Positions 51,941-62,252 of a DNA stretch of 64,000 bases are shown here, in pieces (position 1 is the first letter of the stretch; each line of letters begins with the position of its first letter). A model generated the notes under the pieces. That model was given only the letters and a program-made list of their open reading frames with translations, had not been told where the DNA came from and ran no database searches. Source of the stretch: Gammaproteobacteria bacterium (GTDB lineage Bacteria; Pseudomonadota; Gammaproteobacteria; JAJFKG01); the NCBI GenBank assembly GCA_965116795.1, contig OZ220716.1, positions 490,503-554,502 on the forward strand, written 5' to 3'. A program made the translations under genes and the position numbers.

Positions 51941-53296
51941 TTACGAAGCAACATCTGTGATTAATTGAGCATTTGTTTGTTGTTCATGTTGTTCTTGTGA
52001 ATGTGGGTATTGATGACGGCAATGGGTTTCTTTTAATTTAAACATGCTGACTAATAACGCAACTAAATAGCATATTGGTAACAAAATAAAGGCATCGCGA
52101 TAAGAACTGGCTTGGTACACCGGACTGCCATTTAATAACTCTCCAGTCCACTGTGCTTGAAGGACAATCCCAACAATCGGTTGCAATAGCGCACCACCTG
52201 ATACAATCGCCATATTATTAAAACCAATTGCAGTGCCAACGTGTTTATTTTTACTAATGTCTTTCACTAACGCAAAGCTCAGCGCCTGTGCTGAACCGCC
52301 TAACCCAAATAAAAACAATAACACTAAAATAGTTAACCAAGAATGCATTGGTGAAACCAATAAAATGGTTGATGCAATTAAACCAATGAATGCGCATACA
52401 TTAAATGGCAATAAACGTCGATCAATCTTATCAGAAATCCAACCGACTAACGGACTACCGATCGCAATGGCAATCCATAATACAGATACGGCTGCTGATG
52501 CCTGAGTCGCCGAAACATGATAGTTAGCGACTAAATAGGGGATCCCCCATAACCCAGCAAACACAACCGTTGGTGCCCAAATACAACATGAAAACAATGC
52601 CAACCACCATGTTTGAGCTTTTTTACACACGGCTTTTAAGTTTTCCCACTCAGTGCGACCCAATTTTTGTTTACGTTTTTTTGAGGGATGTACTAAGTAG
52701 TGGCGATAATGCTCTGGACTATCACGTACAACAATCCAAATAACGGTTGCAAATAAAAACCCAACCAACGCCACCCATAACATGGTACTACGCCAACCAA
52801 TTTGTTCAGTAATATGTGCTAGTGGCGTTTGACCGATCATCGCACCTAAACAGGAGGTTAACTGAACCAGTCCTGATCCCAACGCAAAGTAACGTGGCGG
52901 AAACCATTTCGCAATTAGAAATAACGCCCCAATATAAGAAAACGCTGATCCAATTCCCGTTAAAAAGCGCCCGAATGACGCGAGCACCAAACTGTCGGTA
53001 ATGGCAAATGACATTGCCCCTAATGCACAAACTAAAATAGCACTGGTAATTAATGCACGTGGGCCTAGGCGATCGTAGAGCATACCGGCCGGAATTTGCA
53101 TTGGCGAATAAGCATAATAAAAAAATGCGGAGATAGTGCCTAATGCGGCTGCTTGAATATGCAAATCTCGCATTAATTGGGCTGTCATTACACTTGGTGA
53201 TACTTGAATGACAAATTCGTATAGTACAAAAGAAGTACCAAGCCCACACACAATAAACGGTAAAATACGCTGGGAGATACGCTTTTTTTGAGGCAT
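51941..53296 (-). CDS. MFS transporter (Pht-like)
   Basis: YEFVIQVSPSVM, QIPAGMLYDRLGPR, GRFLTGIGSAF, GWISDKIDRR. Confidence 0.85.
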   Translation of the reverse strand: MPQKKRISQRILPFIVCGLGTSFVLYEFVIQVSPSVMTAQLMRDLHIQAAALGTISAFFYYAYSPMQIPAGMLYDRLGPRALITSAILVCALGAMSFAITDSLVLASFGRFLTGIGSAFSYIGALFLIAKWFPPRYFALGSGLVQLTSCLGAMIGQTPLAHITEQIGWRSTMLWVALVGFLFATVIWIVVRDSPEHYRHYLVHPSKKRKQKLGRTEWENLKAVCKKAQTWWLALFSCCIWAPTVVFAGLWGIPYLVANYHVSATQASAAVSVLWIAIAIGSPLVGWISDKIDRRLLPFNVCAFIGLIASTILLVSPMHSWLTILVLLFLFGLGGSAQALSFALVKDISKNKHVGTAIGFNNMAIVSGGALLQPIVGIVLQAQWTGELLNGSPVYQASSYRDAFILLPICYLVALLVSMFKLKETHCRHQYPHSQEQHEQQTNAQLITDVAS

Positions 53297-53475
53297 AGCA
53301 TCATCCTAACAGTGTGTTTTTGATTGAAATAATAATTTTATCACGGTCAAGGCTACCATATTTACCTAAAAATGGCGATCAAATTGGCTCTATGTTGAGC
53401 AATAACACTAGGCTATACCCCATACCTTGAAGATCAGCTAAACTATTGTTCACATAATATAAAGGAGAGTATGCA

Positions 53476-54498
53476 ATGAATCCAGGCATGATGATTGGTA
53501 AGCTCCCCCCTAGCTTACTGAATAAATTAATCGATAAATTGGATCAAGCTAACCCCAACATTATTATTCCACCCAAACCGGGGATTGACGCTGCCGGACT
53601 TAAGTTGGGCAATAAATTATTTGCGATTTCAACTGATCCAGTTAGCTGTACATATCAACACATTGGCACACACTGTGTCAGCATTAATATGAATGATGTT
53701 GCCTGTTTGGGCGCAAAACCAATATGGTTTACTGCGACGGTATTACTGCCAGAAGACTGTGAGCAAACACAATTAGATTGCCTATGGGATGATTTTGTCA
53801 ATGCACTGGACCAATACGATGTTAAATTAATTGGTGGACATACTGAAATAACCCCTGCTGTTAATAAGCCTATTATTGTTGGACAAATGCTTGGGGAATG
53901 TATTGGTGATGCACTACTTGACCCACGTAATTGTGAACCAGATGATCATATTTTATTGTGGCAACCGATTGCACTTGAAGGTACTGCAATTATCGCCACC
54001 GATTACGCCGACAAAATCAAACAACATTTTTCAAGTGACCAAATTACTAGTATGCAAGACTATATTCACCAACCTGGATTATGTGTATGGCCATTAGTAG
54101 AAAAATTATTACCACACCCAGGTATTGTTGCATTGCATGATCCAACCCATGGTGGCATCGCCAATGCATTACATGAATTAGCTAACAGTAGCCAATGCGG
54201 GATACACATTGAAGAGAATGCTATTCCTATTTTACCCGAAACCAAGTCACTATGCACAATATTTGGTTTAGATCCCCTTGGATTATTAGCTACAGGTTCA
54301 TTATTAATTGTCTGCAAACCAGATGTTACTCAAGATATTATGCAAGCACTTGCAGATGAGCCAATTAGACAACTAGGTAAATTTACGAGTAATTCAACCG
54401 AACGTTTATTACATTCGCAACATGAACTGCGTGCACTGCCACAATTTAATTGCGACGAACTAAGCAAGTTACGCAAGCCTGTCGCACACGCAGCATAG
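53476..54498 (+). CDS. AIR synthase-related (HypE/ThiL/SelD superfamily) protein
   Basis: GKLPP, PGIDAA, STDP, NDVACLGA, IGGHTEIT, LHDPTHGG, DPLGLLATGSLL. Confidence 0.85.
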   Translation: MNPGMMIGKLPPSLLNKLIDKLDQANPNIIIPPKPGIDAAGLKLGNKLFAISTDPVSCTYQHIGTHCVSINMNDVACLGAKPIWFTATVLLPEDCEQTQLDCLWDDFVNALDQYDVKLIGGHTEITPAVNKPIIVGQMLGECIGDALLDPRNCEPDDHILLWQPIALEGTAIIATDYADKIKQHFSSDQITSMQDYIHQPGLCVWPLVEKLLPHPGIVALHDPTHGGIANALHELANSSQCGIHIEENAIPILPETKSLCTIFGLDPLGLLATGSLLIVCKPDVTQDIMQALADEPIRQLGKFTSNSTERLLHSQHELRALPQFNCDELSKLRKPVAHAA

Positions 54499-54518
54499 TA
54501 TTATCTTGTATTGCTACA

Positions 54519-54713
54519 TTAATCAAACTGCGGATTAGCACGATAAGTAGCCGATTTTGCATTGGCTGCATTGTGATCTAAACAACGTAACGTACCCGTA
54601 GCATTGATATAGTCCTGCAATTGTGTATGGATCCACGCACACGCCGACTCTTTTTTACCAATACATGATAGAACTTTTTGATCATCGTCAATGATGATAG
54701 CTTCATACAGCAT
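54519..54713 (-). CDS. Small hypothetical protein (64 aa)
   Basis: Strong RBS agggaggt 4 nt before the ATG; sits alone in a long intergenic region. Confidence 0.55.
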   Translation of the reverse strand: MLYEAIIIDDDQKVLSCIGKKESACAWIHTQLQDYINATGTLRCLDHNAANAKSATYRANPQFD

Positions 54714-55232
54714 GGCGACCTCCCTGCGTAACCGTTAACTGTAATTGCAGCGCGCCTCATGCGCATCTACCCTTGGTCTTTCAATTTACAACAATCATGT
54801 TGATTCAAAGGCAAAAGCTTATTGTCGTCTCACATTTTGAAATACTTTTAACGTCCAAGCAACAATATTTTGTAAACTAAAGCTATTTGATTATGTTTAT
54901 ACAATAAAACGGCTTAAAATCCGTTGAGCAATGGGGGGCTTTAATAATGATAGGAAAATAATATTAGCGTTTTTATCTACGCTTATTTGCAGTATATGGC
55001 AATATGAAGGACAGTGCAACAGAATATTATTTAGTCAAAATATGTAGTTAACTTGCCTCACTCACACTTCTATGCGATGTTTGCGTCAAAAAAATAATAC
55101 TGCGCTTAGTTTATGTAGACATTTTGATAGCTTTGCTATTAAAAAAATAACTAGATATTCTGCCAGTTAAGATGTTATCCCAAAAAACTTAAGATGGGGT
55201 TATCGGGGATTTAAAAACTACAGGGGCTCCTT

Positions 55233-57827
55233 GTGCAAGTTCATAATAGACGATACTGGGTGATACTTATTACCATCATCAGCTGTGGTATAAGTGTAAA
55301 CTACGCAGCTACTTCATCAACATCAACGACAACACCAGCATCTATTTTAGGCTGGACAACCGTCCCCTCAACAGATGAATACTGTGATGGCTATTACGTA
55401 GAAACACCCATCCAATACCCATTTGCAGTTAGTAAAAATCCTAAAAAAAGTCCTTTAGATATTCAATCGCATAGTACTCACTACGCTGCGAAAGGGAAAT
55501 CATTATTGCAAGGGAATGTCAGAGTAACTCAACCCAACATTCAATTACGCGCTGAACGCGCTTATTTAATTCGTGATCCACAAACTGGCAAAATTAACGT
55601 TGTACAGGCATTTGATAATGTAAGGTTAAGCGAACCAGGACGCTTGCTGCAAGGCAGTGAAGCACACGTTACCCTTAATAACAAAACCTGGCACATTAAA
55701 AATCCAACTTACCGCCTGGTACTGGATAACCATTATAAACCACATATTATTAACCCAACACAACCTTACAATGTATATGAGTTAAGTGGCTGGGGCATCG
55801 CAAGTGATGCAACTAAGCAGGATAATGGTCACATCGTGATCCACAATGGGACATTTAGTACATGCGCCCCTGATGCTGCTGAGTGGCACTTGCGTGCCTC
55901 TACTATTGATCTGGATCGTCAACGTGGTCGTGGGAGTTCTTACAATAACGTATTATATATTAAAAATGTACCTGTATTTTACTTGCCATATGCTAATTTT
56001 CCTATCGATGATCAACGCAAGACGGGGTTTTTATACCCTACATTTAATTTGTCAAAAGAAGACGGTATCGACATTGCCGCACCCTTTTATTGGAATATCG
56101 CACCAAATTATGATGCAACGCTAACGCCACATTTTGTTGAACGACGTGGTGCACGTTTTGATGGTTTATTTCGTTATTTACTCGGCACTCCCAGCAGTAC
56201 TGGCAATGTATCTGGCATTTGGTTACCACATGATCGTAAATTTGGTAAATTTCAAAAAAAAGCACCAACTGAATACAGTAACACTATCCCAGCAAATAAC
56301 GATAACTTACGTACATTAAAAAATGATAGCACCAGCCGTGGTTTTATCCATGCAGATAATACTACTCAATTTAATCCACATTGGCACACTTACGCTGTGT
56401 TTAATTACACAACTGATGATTATTTTAGTGAAGATTTTTCTACTAACGTTGCTGGCGCTAATGATAAACAATTACTGCAACAAGCACGTATTAATTATAG
56501 TGATGATCACTGGCGTGCACTAGCTAACGTACAAGCATATCAAACTTTACATCCACTCAATCAACCCGCTGTTAGCAATTCATATACTCGTTTGCCACAA
56601 TTCTCTGCAGCTGGACAGTACCCAGACACGATTGCTGGCACTGATTTAGGAGTGGATACAGACTTCACTAATTTTGTAATTGAACGCAATCCGGGGCAAC
56701 GTACTGATCCTGTTAGTGGACAACGTTACCACTTAAAACCTAGCATCAGTTTGCCCATCACCTGGGGACAAGCTGCTTACATTACACCAGCCGTGCAATT
56801 AGATACAACAACCTATCAATTAGTTAACACTGGTAACTTATCGCGTACTCCTCAACGAACGTTGCCAATCTTAGATGTAGATGCAGGCCTAGTGTTTGAA
56901 CGCACTTGGCATCGTCAAGCCTACCAACAAACGTTGGAACCGCGTTTATTTTACTTGTACGTCCCATATAAAAATCAAAATGATATTCCTGTTTTTGATA
57001 CGGGTGTTAGAACGTTTAATGTAAATCAATTACATGCTACCAATCGTTTTACTGGATTTGATCGACTTGGTGATGCTAATCAAGTTGCTTATTCATTAAC
57101 AACACGTTTGCTTAATACAGATTCTGGCAATGAAATAGTAACAGCTACGATTGGACAAATTGCTTACTTTCGTAATCGTCGTGTCCAATTGTGTACAAAC
57201 AATAGTGATGCTTGCAGCGTATTGCAACCTGATGCAAGACGCAGTGATGGTACATCCGATACCGATTCATTTTCACCTGTAGCTGGTAATTTGCAATATC
57301 ATCTCACCGATGTATTATCCGTACACGCTGGCGGAGCATGGGAAATTGCAGAGAATAAACTGAATAATGCAACCGTTGGCATTCAGTATAAAAAAGATGA
57401 AAAACGAATAATTAATTTGGGCTATAGCTTCTTACACCAAGGAGATATTTATCCTGTTCCTGCTGGTTCGCCAGCTATTCCGACAAATGATCGGCGTAAT
57501 AATTTAAGTCAAATTAATACGTCCGCCGCGTGGCCAATTTGGCGAAACTGGTCTGCGATCGGCAGATTTAACTATAATATTAGCCACAAGTATGCACAAG
57601 ATTATTTTTATGGGGTACAATACGACAGCTGTTGCTGGGCAATTAGAGTCATTAGCTCACGTTATTTATATAAATTTAATGAGCGTGCTAACCCAGAATT
57701 TAAACAACGGTATTATTTGCAATTTTTATTTAAAGGCGTTGGGGCAGTTGGAACATCTAACAAAGCCGGAATACTAAGTTCAGGGATCCAAAACTACGTC
57801 GATCCATTCAATAAGAAAATTATGTAA
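55233..57827 (+). CDS. lptD: LPS assembly protein LptD
   Basis: FSTC, VPVFYLPY..FP..DQRKTGFL, PFYWNIAPNYDAT, QTLEPRLFYLYVP, NRFTGFDR, YDSCCW; upstream of surA. Confidence 0.93.
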   Translation: MQVHNRRYWVILITIISCGISVNYAATSSTSTTTPASILGWTTVPSTDEYCDGYYVETPIQYPFAVSKNPKKSPLDIQSHSTHYAAKGKSLLQGNVRVTQPNIQLRAERAYLIRDPQTGKINVVQAFDNVRLSEPGRLLQGSEAHVTLNNKTWHIKNPTYRLVLDNHYKPHIINPTQPYNVYELSGWGIASDATKQDNGHIVIHNGTFSTCAPDAAEWHLRASTIDLDRQRGRGSSYNNVLYIKNVPVFYLPYANFPIDDQRKTGFLYPTFNLSKEDGIDIAAPFYWNIAPNYDATLTPHFVERRGARFDGLFRYLLGTPSSTGNVSGIWLPHDRKFGKFQKKAPTEYSNTIPANNDNLRTLKNDSTSRGFIHADNTTQFNPHWHTYAVFNYTTDDYFSEDFSTNVAGANDKQLLQQARINYSDDHWRALANVQAYQTLHPLNQPAVSNSYTRLPQFSAAGQYPDTIAGTDLGVDTDFTNFVIERNPGQRTDPVSGQRYHLKPSISLPITWGQAAYITPAVQLDTTTYQLVNTGNLSRTPQRTLPILDVDAGLVFERTWHRQAYQQTLEPRLFYLYVPYKNQNDIPVFDTGVRTFNVNQLHATNRFTGFDRLGDANQVAYSLTTRLLNTDSGNEIVTATIGQIAYFRNRRVQLCTNNSDACSVLQPDARRSDGTSDTDSFSPVAGNLQYHLTDVLSVHAGGAWEIAENKLNNATVGIQYKKDEKRIINLGYSFLHQGDIYPVPAGSPAIPTNDRRNNLSQINTSAAWPIWRNWSAIGRFNYNISHKYAQDYFYGVQYDSCCWAIRVISSRYLYKFNERANPEFKQRYYLQFLFKGVGAVGTSNKAGILSSGIQNYVDPFNKKIM

Positions 57828-57841
57828 TTGGAGCAAACAAA

Positions 57842-59170
57842 ATGATACGCATGCTTAGTTTAACTTTATTCACTTTATTAGTATGGATTAATGTCCCTAG
57901 TCATGTATGGGCTGCACCATCTAACAAACCAGTAGCTAATAATCAAAAATTACAACGCTTAGATAAAGTATTAGCAATTGTTAACAACGATGTCATCACT
58001 GAACGTGATGTGACTGAACGGATTAAAATAGTGAAACAACAGTTACGCCGTACTCATGCCAAAATACCCAGCATGGCTAACTTGCGTAAACAAATATTGC
58101 AACAATTGATTGATCAAACGTTACAATTACAGGCTGCCGATAAATTCAATATTACTGTCGACAATGAAACTTTAAATTATGCAATAAATAATATTGCCAA
58201 ACGTAATGACATGACACTTACTGAATTTAAAACACAGTTAATAAAAGATGGTATTAATTATCGAGATTTTCGCAATGCAGTACGTGAAGAATTGATTATC
58301 TCACGCGTACAAGAACGTGAAGTGAAACCGCGTGTCGTGGTCACTAAACAAGAAGTTGATAACTTTTTACGTGCATTCAAACAAACTGAACAACAACACT
58401 TAGAATATCGTATTGAAGATATTTTAGTAAGCTTGCCAGATTCACCATCACCTGAACAAATACAACAAACCAAAGTCAAAGCACAATTGATCGCAGATAA
58501 GGTGCGGGGTGGTGCTAATTTTGAATCGACTGCTAACGCACAATCCAGCGGTCAACAAGCATTGAATGGCGGTGACCTTGGCTGGCGTAGTCTTGCTCGT
58601 TTACCCACTGTGTTTGCTAATAAAGTTCAGCATATGAAAAAAGGTAACATTGTTGGACCTATCCGCACTGGCAATGGTTTTCATATTATTAAATTAGTTG
58701 ATATACGTGGCGGTACTCCTAGTGCTCACGTTATTACTGAAACTAAAGCTCGTCACATTTTAATTAAACCAAATGCAATGATGACTGATAAACAAGCTAA
58801 AGATAAAATAGCATCGTTACGTAAACAAATTGCTAATGGTAGTTCTTTTGCTACATTAGCCAAACGATATTCTCAAGATCCGGGTTCTGCTAATAAAGGT
58901 GGTGAGCTAGGTTGGGTAACTGATGAAGAGTTAGTTCCATCGTTTGCACACGCAATGGATAAATTAGCCGTAAATCAATTAAGCCAGCCAGTCAAAACAA
59001 AATTCGGTTGGCACTTAATCCAGGTCGAAGCAAGACGTAAAAAAGACGCTACTAAACAGTACCAGCAGCAACGGATCCGTGACTTAATCGGTCAACGCAA
59101 ATACGAAGAAGCTATTTCTGTTTGGATACGTCAGTTACGTGCTCAAGCATACATTAAAAAATTATCGTAA
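57842..59170 (+). CDS. surA: Periplasmic chaperone/PPIase SurA
   Basis: DKVLAIVNNDVIT, two parvulin domains (GGDLGW, ARHILIK, FGWHLIQV). Confidence 0.94.
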   Translation: MIRMLSLTLFTLLVWINVPSHVWAAPSNKPVANNQKLQRLDKVLAIVNNDVITERDVTERIKIVKQQLRRTHAKIPSMANLRKQILQQLIDQTLQLQAADKFNITVDNETLNYAINNIAKRNDMTLTEFKTQLIKDGINYRDFRNAVREELIISRVQEREVKPRVVVTKQEVDNFLRAFKQTEQQHLEYRIEDILVSLPDSPSPEQIQQTKVKAQLIADKVRGGANFESTANAQSSGQQALNGGDLGWRSLARLPTVFANKVQHMKKGNIVGPIRTGNGFHIIKLVDIRGGTPSAHVITETKARHILIKPNAMMTDKQAKDKIASLRKQIANGSSFATLAKRYSQDPGSANKGGELGWVTDEELVPSFAHAMDKLAVNQLSQPVKTKFGWHLIQVEARRKKDATKQYQQQRIRDLIGQRKYEEAISVWIRQLRAQAYIKKLS

Positions 59171-59178
59171 ATGCTCTG

Positions 59179-59946
59179 ATGCGATCTACTTTTCGCGCAC
59201 GCAAACGGTTTGGCCAACACTTTTTGTGTGCGCCTGCTTTCATTGATGCGATTGTTGCTGCGATTGCACCAAACGCAACGGACCACCTTGTCGAAATTGG
59301 TCCAGGATTAGGTGCATTAACCCAACCATTAATACCATTATGTCGACAATTAGATGCTATCGAAATTGATCGTGATCTTATCCAGCGTCAACAACATATT
59401 GAACAAATGCACTCACATGTTCATTTTCACCAAGCAGATGCACTGAAATTTGATCTGCATCAATTAGCTGCCAATGAATTACGAGTTGTGGGTAACTTGC
59501 CATATAACATCACCACCCCTCTACTTTTTCATCTATTCAGCCAGCACACTTGCATTTGCGATATGCATTTTATGTTGCAAAAAGAAGTGAGTGATCGTTT
59601 GTGCGCAACCGTTGGTACATCACAGTACGGTAGACTCAGTGTTATGGCGCAATATCATTGTCAGATAACACCATTATTTGACTTGCCACCTAGTGCATTT
59701 AAACCACCACCACGAGTAACGTCCACTTTTATTAGGCTAACTTGGCAAACATCGCAAACTGCAAATAAAGCTGCATTAGCCAAAGTGGTGCAACAGGCAT
59801 TTAGTCAACGACGTAAAACATTGCAGAATAGCTTAAAATCATTGTTAACAGCTGATCAAATCCGCGCTTGTGATATCGATCCAAATGCACGTGCCCAAAC
59901 GCTATCAGTTGCTGAATTTATCCTTCTCAGTCAACAACTTAGTTGA
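59179..59946 (+). CDS. rsmA: 16S rRNA dimethyladenosine transferase
   Basis: RKRFGQHFL, EIGPGLG, GNLPYNI, MLQKEV, YGRLSV. Confidence 0.95.
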   Translation: MRSTFRARKRFGQHFLCAPAFIDAIVAAIAPNATDHLVEIGPGLGALTQPLIPLCRQLDAIEIDRDLIQRQQHIEQMHSHVHFHQADALKFDLHQLAANELRVVGNLPYNITTPLLFHLFSQHTCICDMHFMLQKEVSDRLCATVGTSQYGRLSVMAQYHCQITPLFDLPPSAFKPPPRVTSTFIRLTWQTSQTANKAALAKVVQQAFSQRRKTLQNSLKSLLTADQIRACDIDPNARAQTLSVAEFILLSQQLS

Positions 59947-59963
59947 TATTCAGTGGACAATTC

Positions 59964-60573
59964 GGTAGTGTCTCATAAGAATTGTTAATGCAAACTACTC
60001 CATTGATAATAATCAAAGGAGTGAGTGAAATGGCTATTAATGATAGCGGTATTCGCGATATAGCAAGGGTATTAGGTGTTAGCACAAATACAGTCCTATC
60101 TGAACTAAAAAAAGAAGCGACTATCGAAACGGTAAATGTGAAGTTACTTGAACAAAAGCAGGAAGAAGATGCATCGATGTTAGTTGATATTGTAGGAGTA
60201 GAAGAAGAAGTTGAGCTTGATGAGATGTGGAGTTTTGTGGGTAAGAAATCAACGTTGGCTATGGCATGCGATTGCTCATGATGTATTGGCCTACCAGTTT
60301 GGTCAATGTAAAGATCAGGTATTCAAACTATTACAGAATAAGTTAAACCGATTTTCTATTGATTTTTACTTTACAGATGATTGGGGAGCTTATGAGAGAC
60401 ACTTGCCGAAAGAAAACATTTAACATTGCGCACACGGATCAAACGATTGGCTAGGAGAACAATTTGTTTTTCAAAGTTAGAGAAAATGCATGATATTGTC
60501 ATTGGATTGTTTATCAATCAGCATGAATTTGGAGTGGCTATATAATGATCAACAACTCTTATGAGACACTACC
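59964..60573 (+). mobile_element. Decayed IS1-family insertion sequence (610 bp)
   Basis: TIRs ggtagtgtctcataagaattgtt / aacaactcttatgagacactacc; InsA HTH SGIRDIARVLGVSTNTV; InsB fragments DEMWSFV, WLWHAI, TDDWGAY, TLRTRIKRLARRTICFSK. Confidence 0.9.
59982..60545 (+). pseudogene. IS1 transposase pseudogene (frameshifts, internal deletions, N-terminal Zn finger absent)
   Basis: Transposase motifs split into separate fragments; the segment expected between HLPKEN and TLRTRIK is missing. Confidence 0.8.
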
Positions 60574-60671
60574 ATATTATTTTAGTTATGGAAGTTGTTT
60601 TCGTGATAGTTGTTTTATTTAAATAATGTTAGAGTGGAGCCTCATTTTTTTCAGTGCTCTAAATAGTTAGA

Positions 60672-61460
60672 TTGATTATGTTTAATGTTATTAAAAGTGA
60701 GTTTTCCTTAGTATACAAGAAATTACCTTTGGTGTTTTTAATTGCTTGGGATGAAATAAAAGTTCGTTATGTTCGCTCTGTACTAGGACCTTTTTGGTTA
60801 GTTTTAACAACAGCTATTTCTGCGCTTGGGCTTGGGTATGTTTGGTCGATTTTATTTAACCAGGACAGAGAAACGTTTATTCCCGCTCTATGCATCGGTT
60901 TGGTTATTTGGCAATTTTTATCATCTTGCATTCTTGATGCTTCAAATTGCTTTATTACTTATAGTGGAATTATAAAAAATAACGTTACACCCATTTTGGT
61001 TTTTCCTGCGGTTATTGTTACCAGGAATTTTTTTATTTTCATGCACAACGCTATCATCATTGTCTTTGTGCTTTTGATATATCCACCAAATATCAGTTTA
61101 AACATGCTGATGCTTATTCCAGGATTGCTCTTGGTTATGCTTAATTTGATTTTGGTTGTAGCTATTATTGCCTTTTTAAGTGCACGGTATAGAGATCTCA
61201 TACCTGCCATAGCATCACTCATGACTATTTTATTTTTTCTTAGCCCTGTAATATATAAGCCCGATCAGCTAGGGGTTAAAGCCTATCTTATGCAGTTCAA
61301 TCCTTTTACTCACCTGATAAGCCTAATTCGCGATCCTCTGACTGGAAACCTAAGTCAACCTATAACTTATTTGTTGATGAGTCTATCGCTTCTCATTAGT
61401 GCTGGAGTGGTGAGCTTTTTGGTTTCACGCTGTCGTTATCGATTAGTTTTTTGGCTTTAA
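60672..61460 (+). CDS. wzm: Polysaccharide ABC transporter permease
   Basis: RYVRSVLGPFW, ARYRD, FFLSPVIY, FNPFTHLI. Confidence 0.9.
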   Translation: MIMFNVIKSEFSLVYKKLPLVFLIAWDEIKVRYVRSVLGPFWLVLTTAISALGLGYVWSILFNQDRETFIPALCIGLVIWQFLSSCILDASNCFITYSGIIKNNVTPILVFPAVIVTRNFFIFMHNAIIIVFVLLIYPPNISLNMLMLIPGLLLVMLNLILVVAIIAFLSARYRDLIPAIASLMTILFFLSPVIYKPDQLGVKAYLMQFNPFTHLISLIRDPLTGNLSQPITYLLMSLSLLISAGVVSFLVSRCRYRLVFWL

Positions 61461-61474
61461 GAAGAGCACTCAGT

Positions 61475-62188
61475 ATGCCGAAGATTATATTAAAAGATGT
61501 GTGTTTAGATTACCCTATCTACAACGTAAACACGACTTCTATTCGCCACAAAATATTGAACACTGCAACCGGAGGACGGATCGCAAAAAGTGCAAACGAA
61601 AAAACAATTGTACGAGCGCTATCACACATCAATCTAGAAGTCTTATCTGGTGACAGGTTAGGAATTCTTGGTCACAATGGTGCTGGAAAGTCAACCCTTT
61701 TAAGATGTATATCTGGAATATATGCACCGACAGCAGGAAACTTATTAGTTGAAGGAACGGTCTCTTCTTTTATGGAGATAGGAAATGGTCTTGAGTCCGA
61801 GCTTTCTGGGTATAATAATATCCGTCGTTTACTCATGTTGCGTAGTCGTACGCTACGCTCTAATATTGCTAACTTAACTTCAAAAATTGCTGACTTCTCA
61901 GATCTTGGTGATTTTTTAAAATTTCCTGTCCGAACATATTCGACTGGAATGACGATGAGGTTGTTATTTTCTATTGCTACAGCTGAAACTTCTGACATTA
62001 TCATTATGGATGAGTTTTTAAGTGTTGGAGATAATAACTTTACTAAAAAAGCTGAAGAAAAACTACACAAAAATATTAAAGATGCGTCCATATTAGTGCT
62101 TGCATCACATGACTCCGGACTATTAAAGAATATGTGTAACCGATTTGTAAAACTATCGCATGGCAAATTAGAAGAGGTTAGTTTATGA
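61475..62188 (+). CDS. wzt: Polysaccharide ABC transporter ATPase (no C-terminal extension)
   Basis: GHNGAGKSTLL, PVRTYSTGM, MDEFLSVGD, LASHD. Confidence 0.9.
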   Translation: MPKIILKDVCLDYPIYNVNTTSIRHKILNTATGGRIAKSANEKTIVRALSHINLEVLSGDRLGILGHNGAGKSTLLRCISGIYAPTAGNLLVEGTVSSFMEIGNGLESELSGYNNIRRLLMLRSRTLRSNIANLTSKIADFSDLGDFLKFPVRTYSTGMTMRLLFSIATAETSDIIIMDEFLSVGDNNFTKKAEEKLHKNIKDASILVLASHDSGLLKNMCNRFVKLSHGKLEEVSL

Positions 62189-62252
62189 AACTAATGCTTC
62201 ATTTGAAAAAAAAATATAAGCAGTTGACACAAAATGAAATTCTCCCACTTCA

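Noticed and set aside
7635-58479. Many short antisense or alternative-frame ORFs (e.g. 7635..7844, 16074..16445, 26648..27106, 52806..53249)
   Set aside because: They are shadows of well-supported genes on the opposite strand or in another frame.
9020-59080. Apparent excess of GGATCC sites
   Set aside because: An impression only, partly due to REPs and the general frequency of GATC; it needs a Markov-model count to support.
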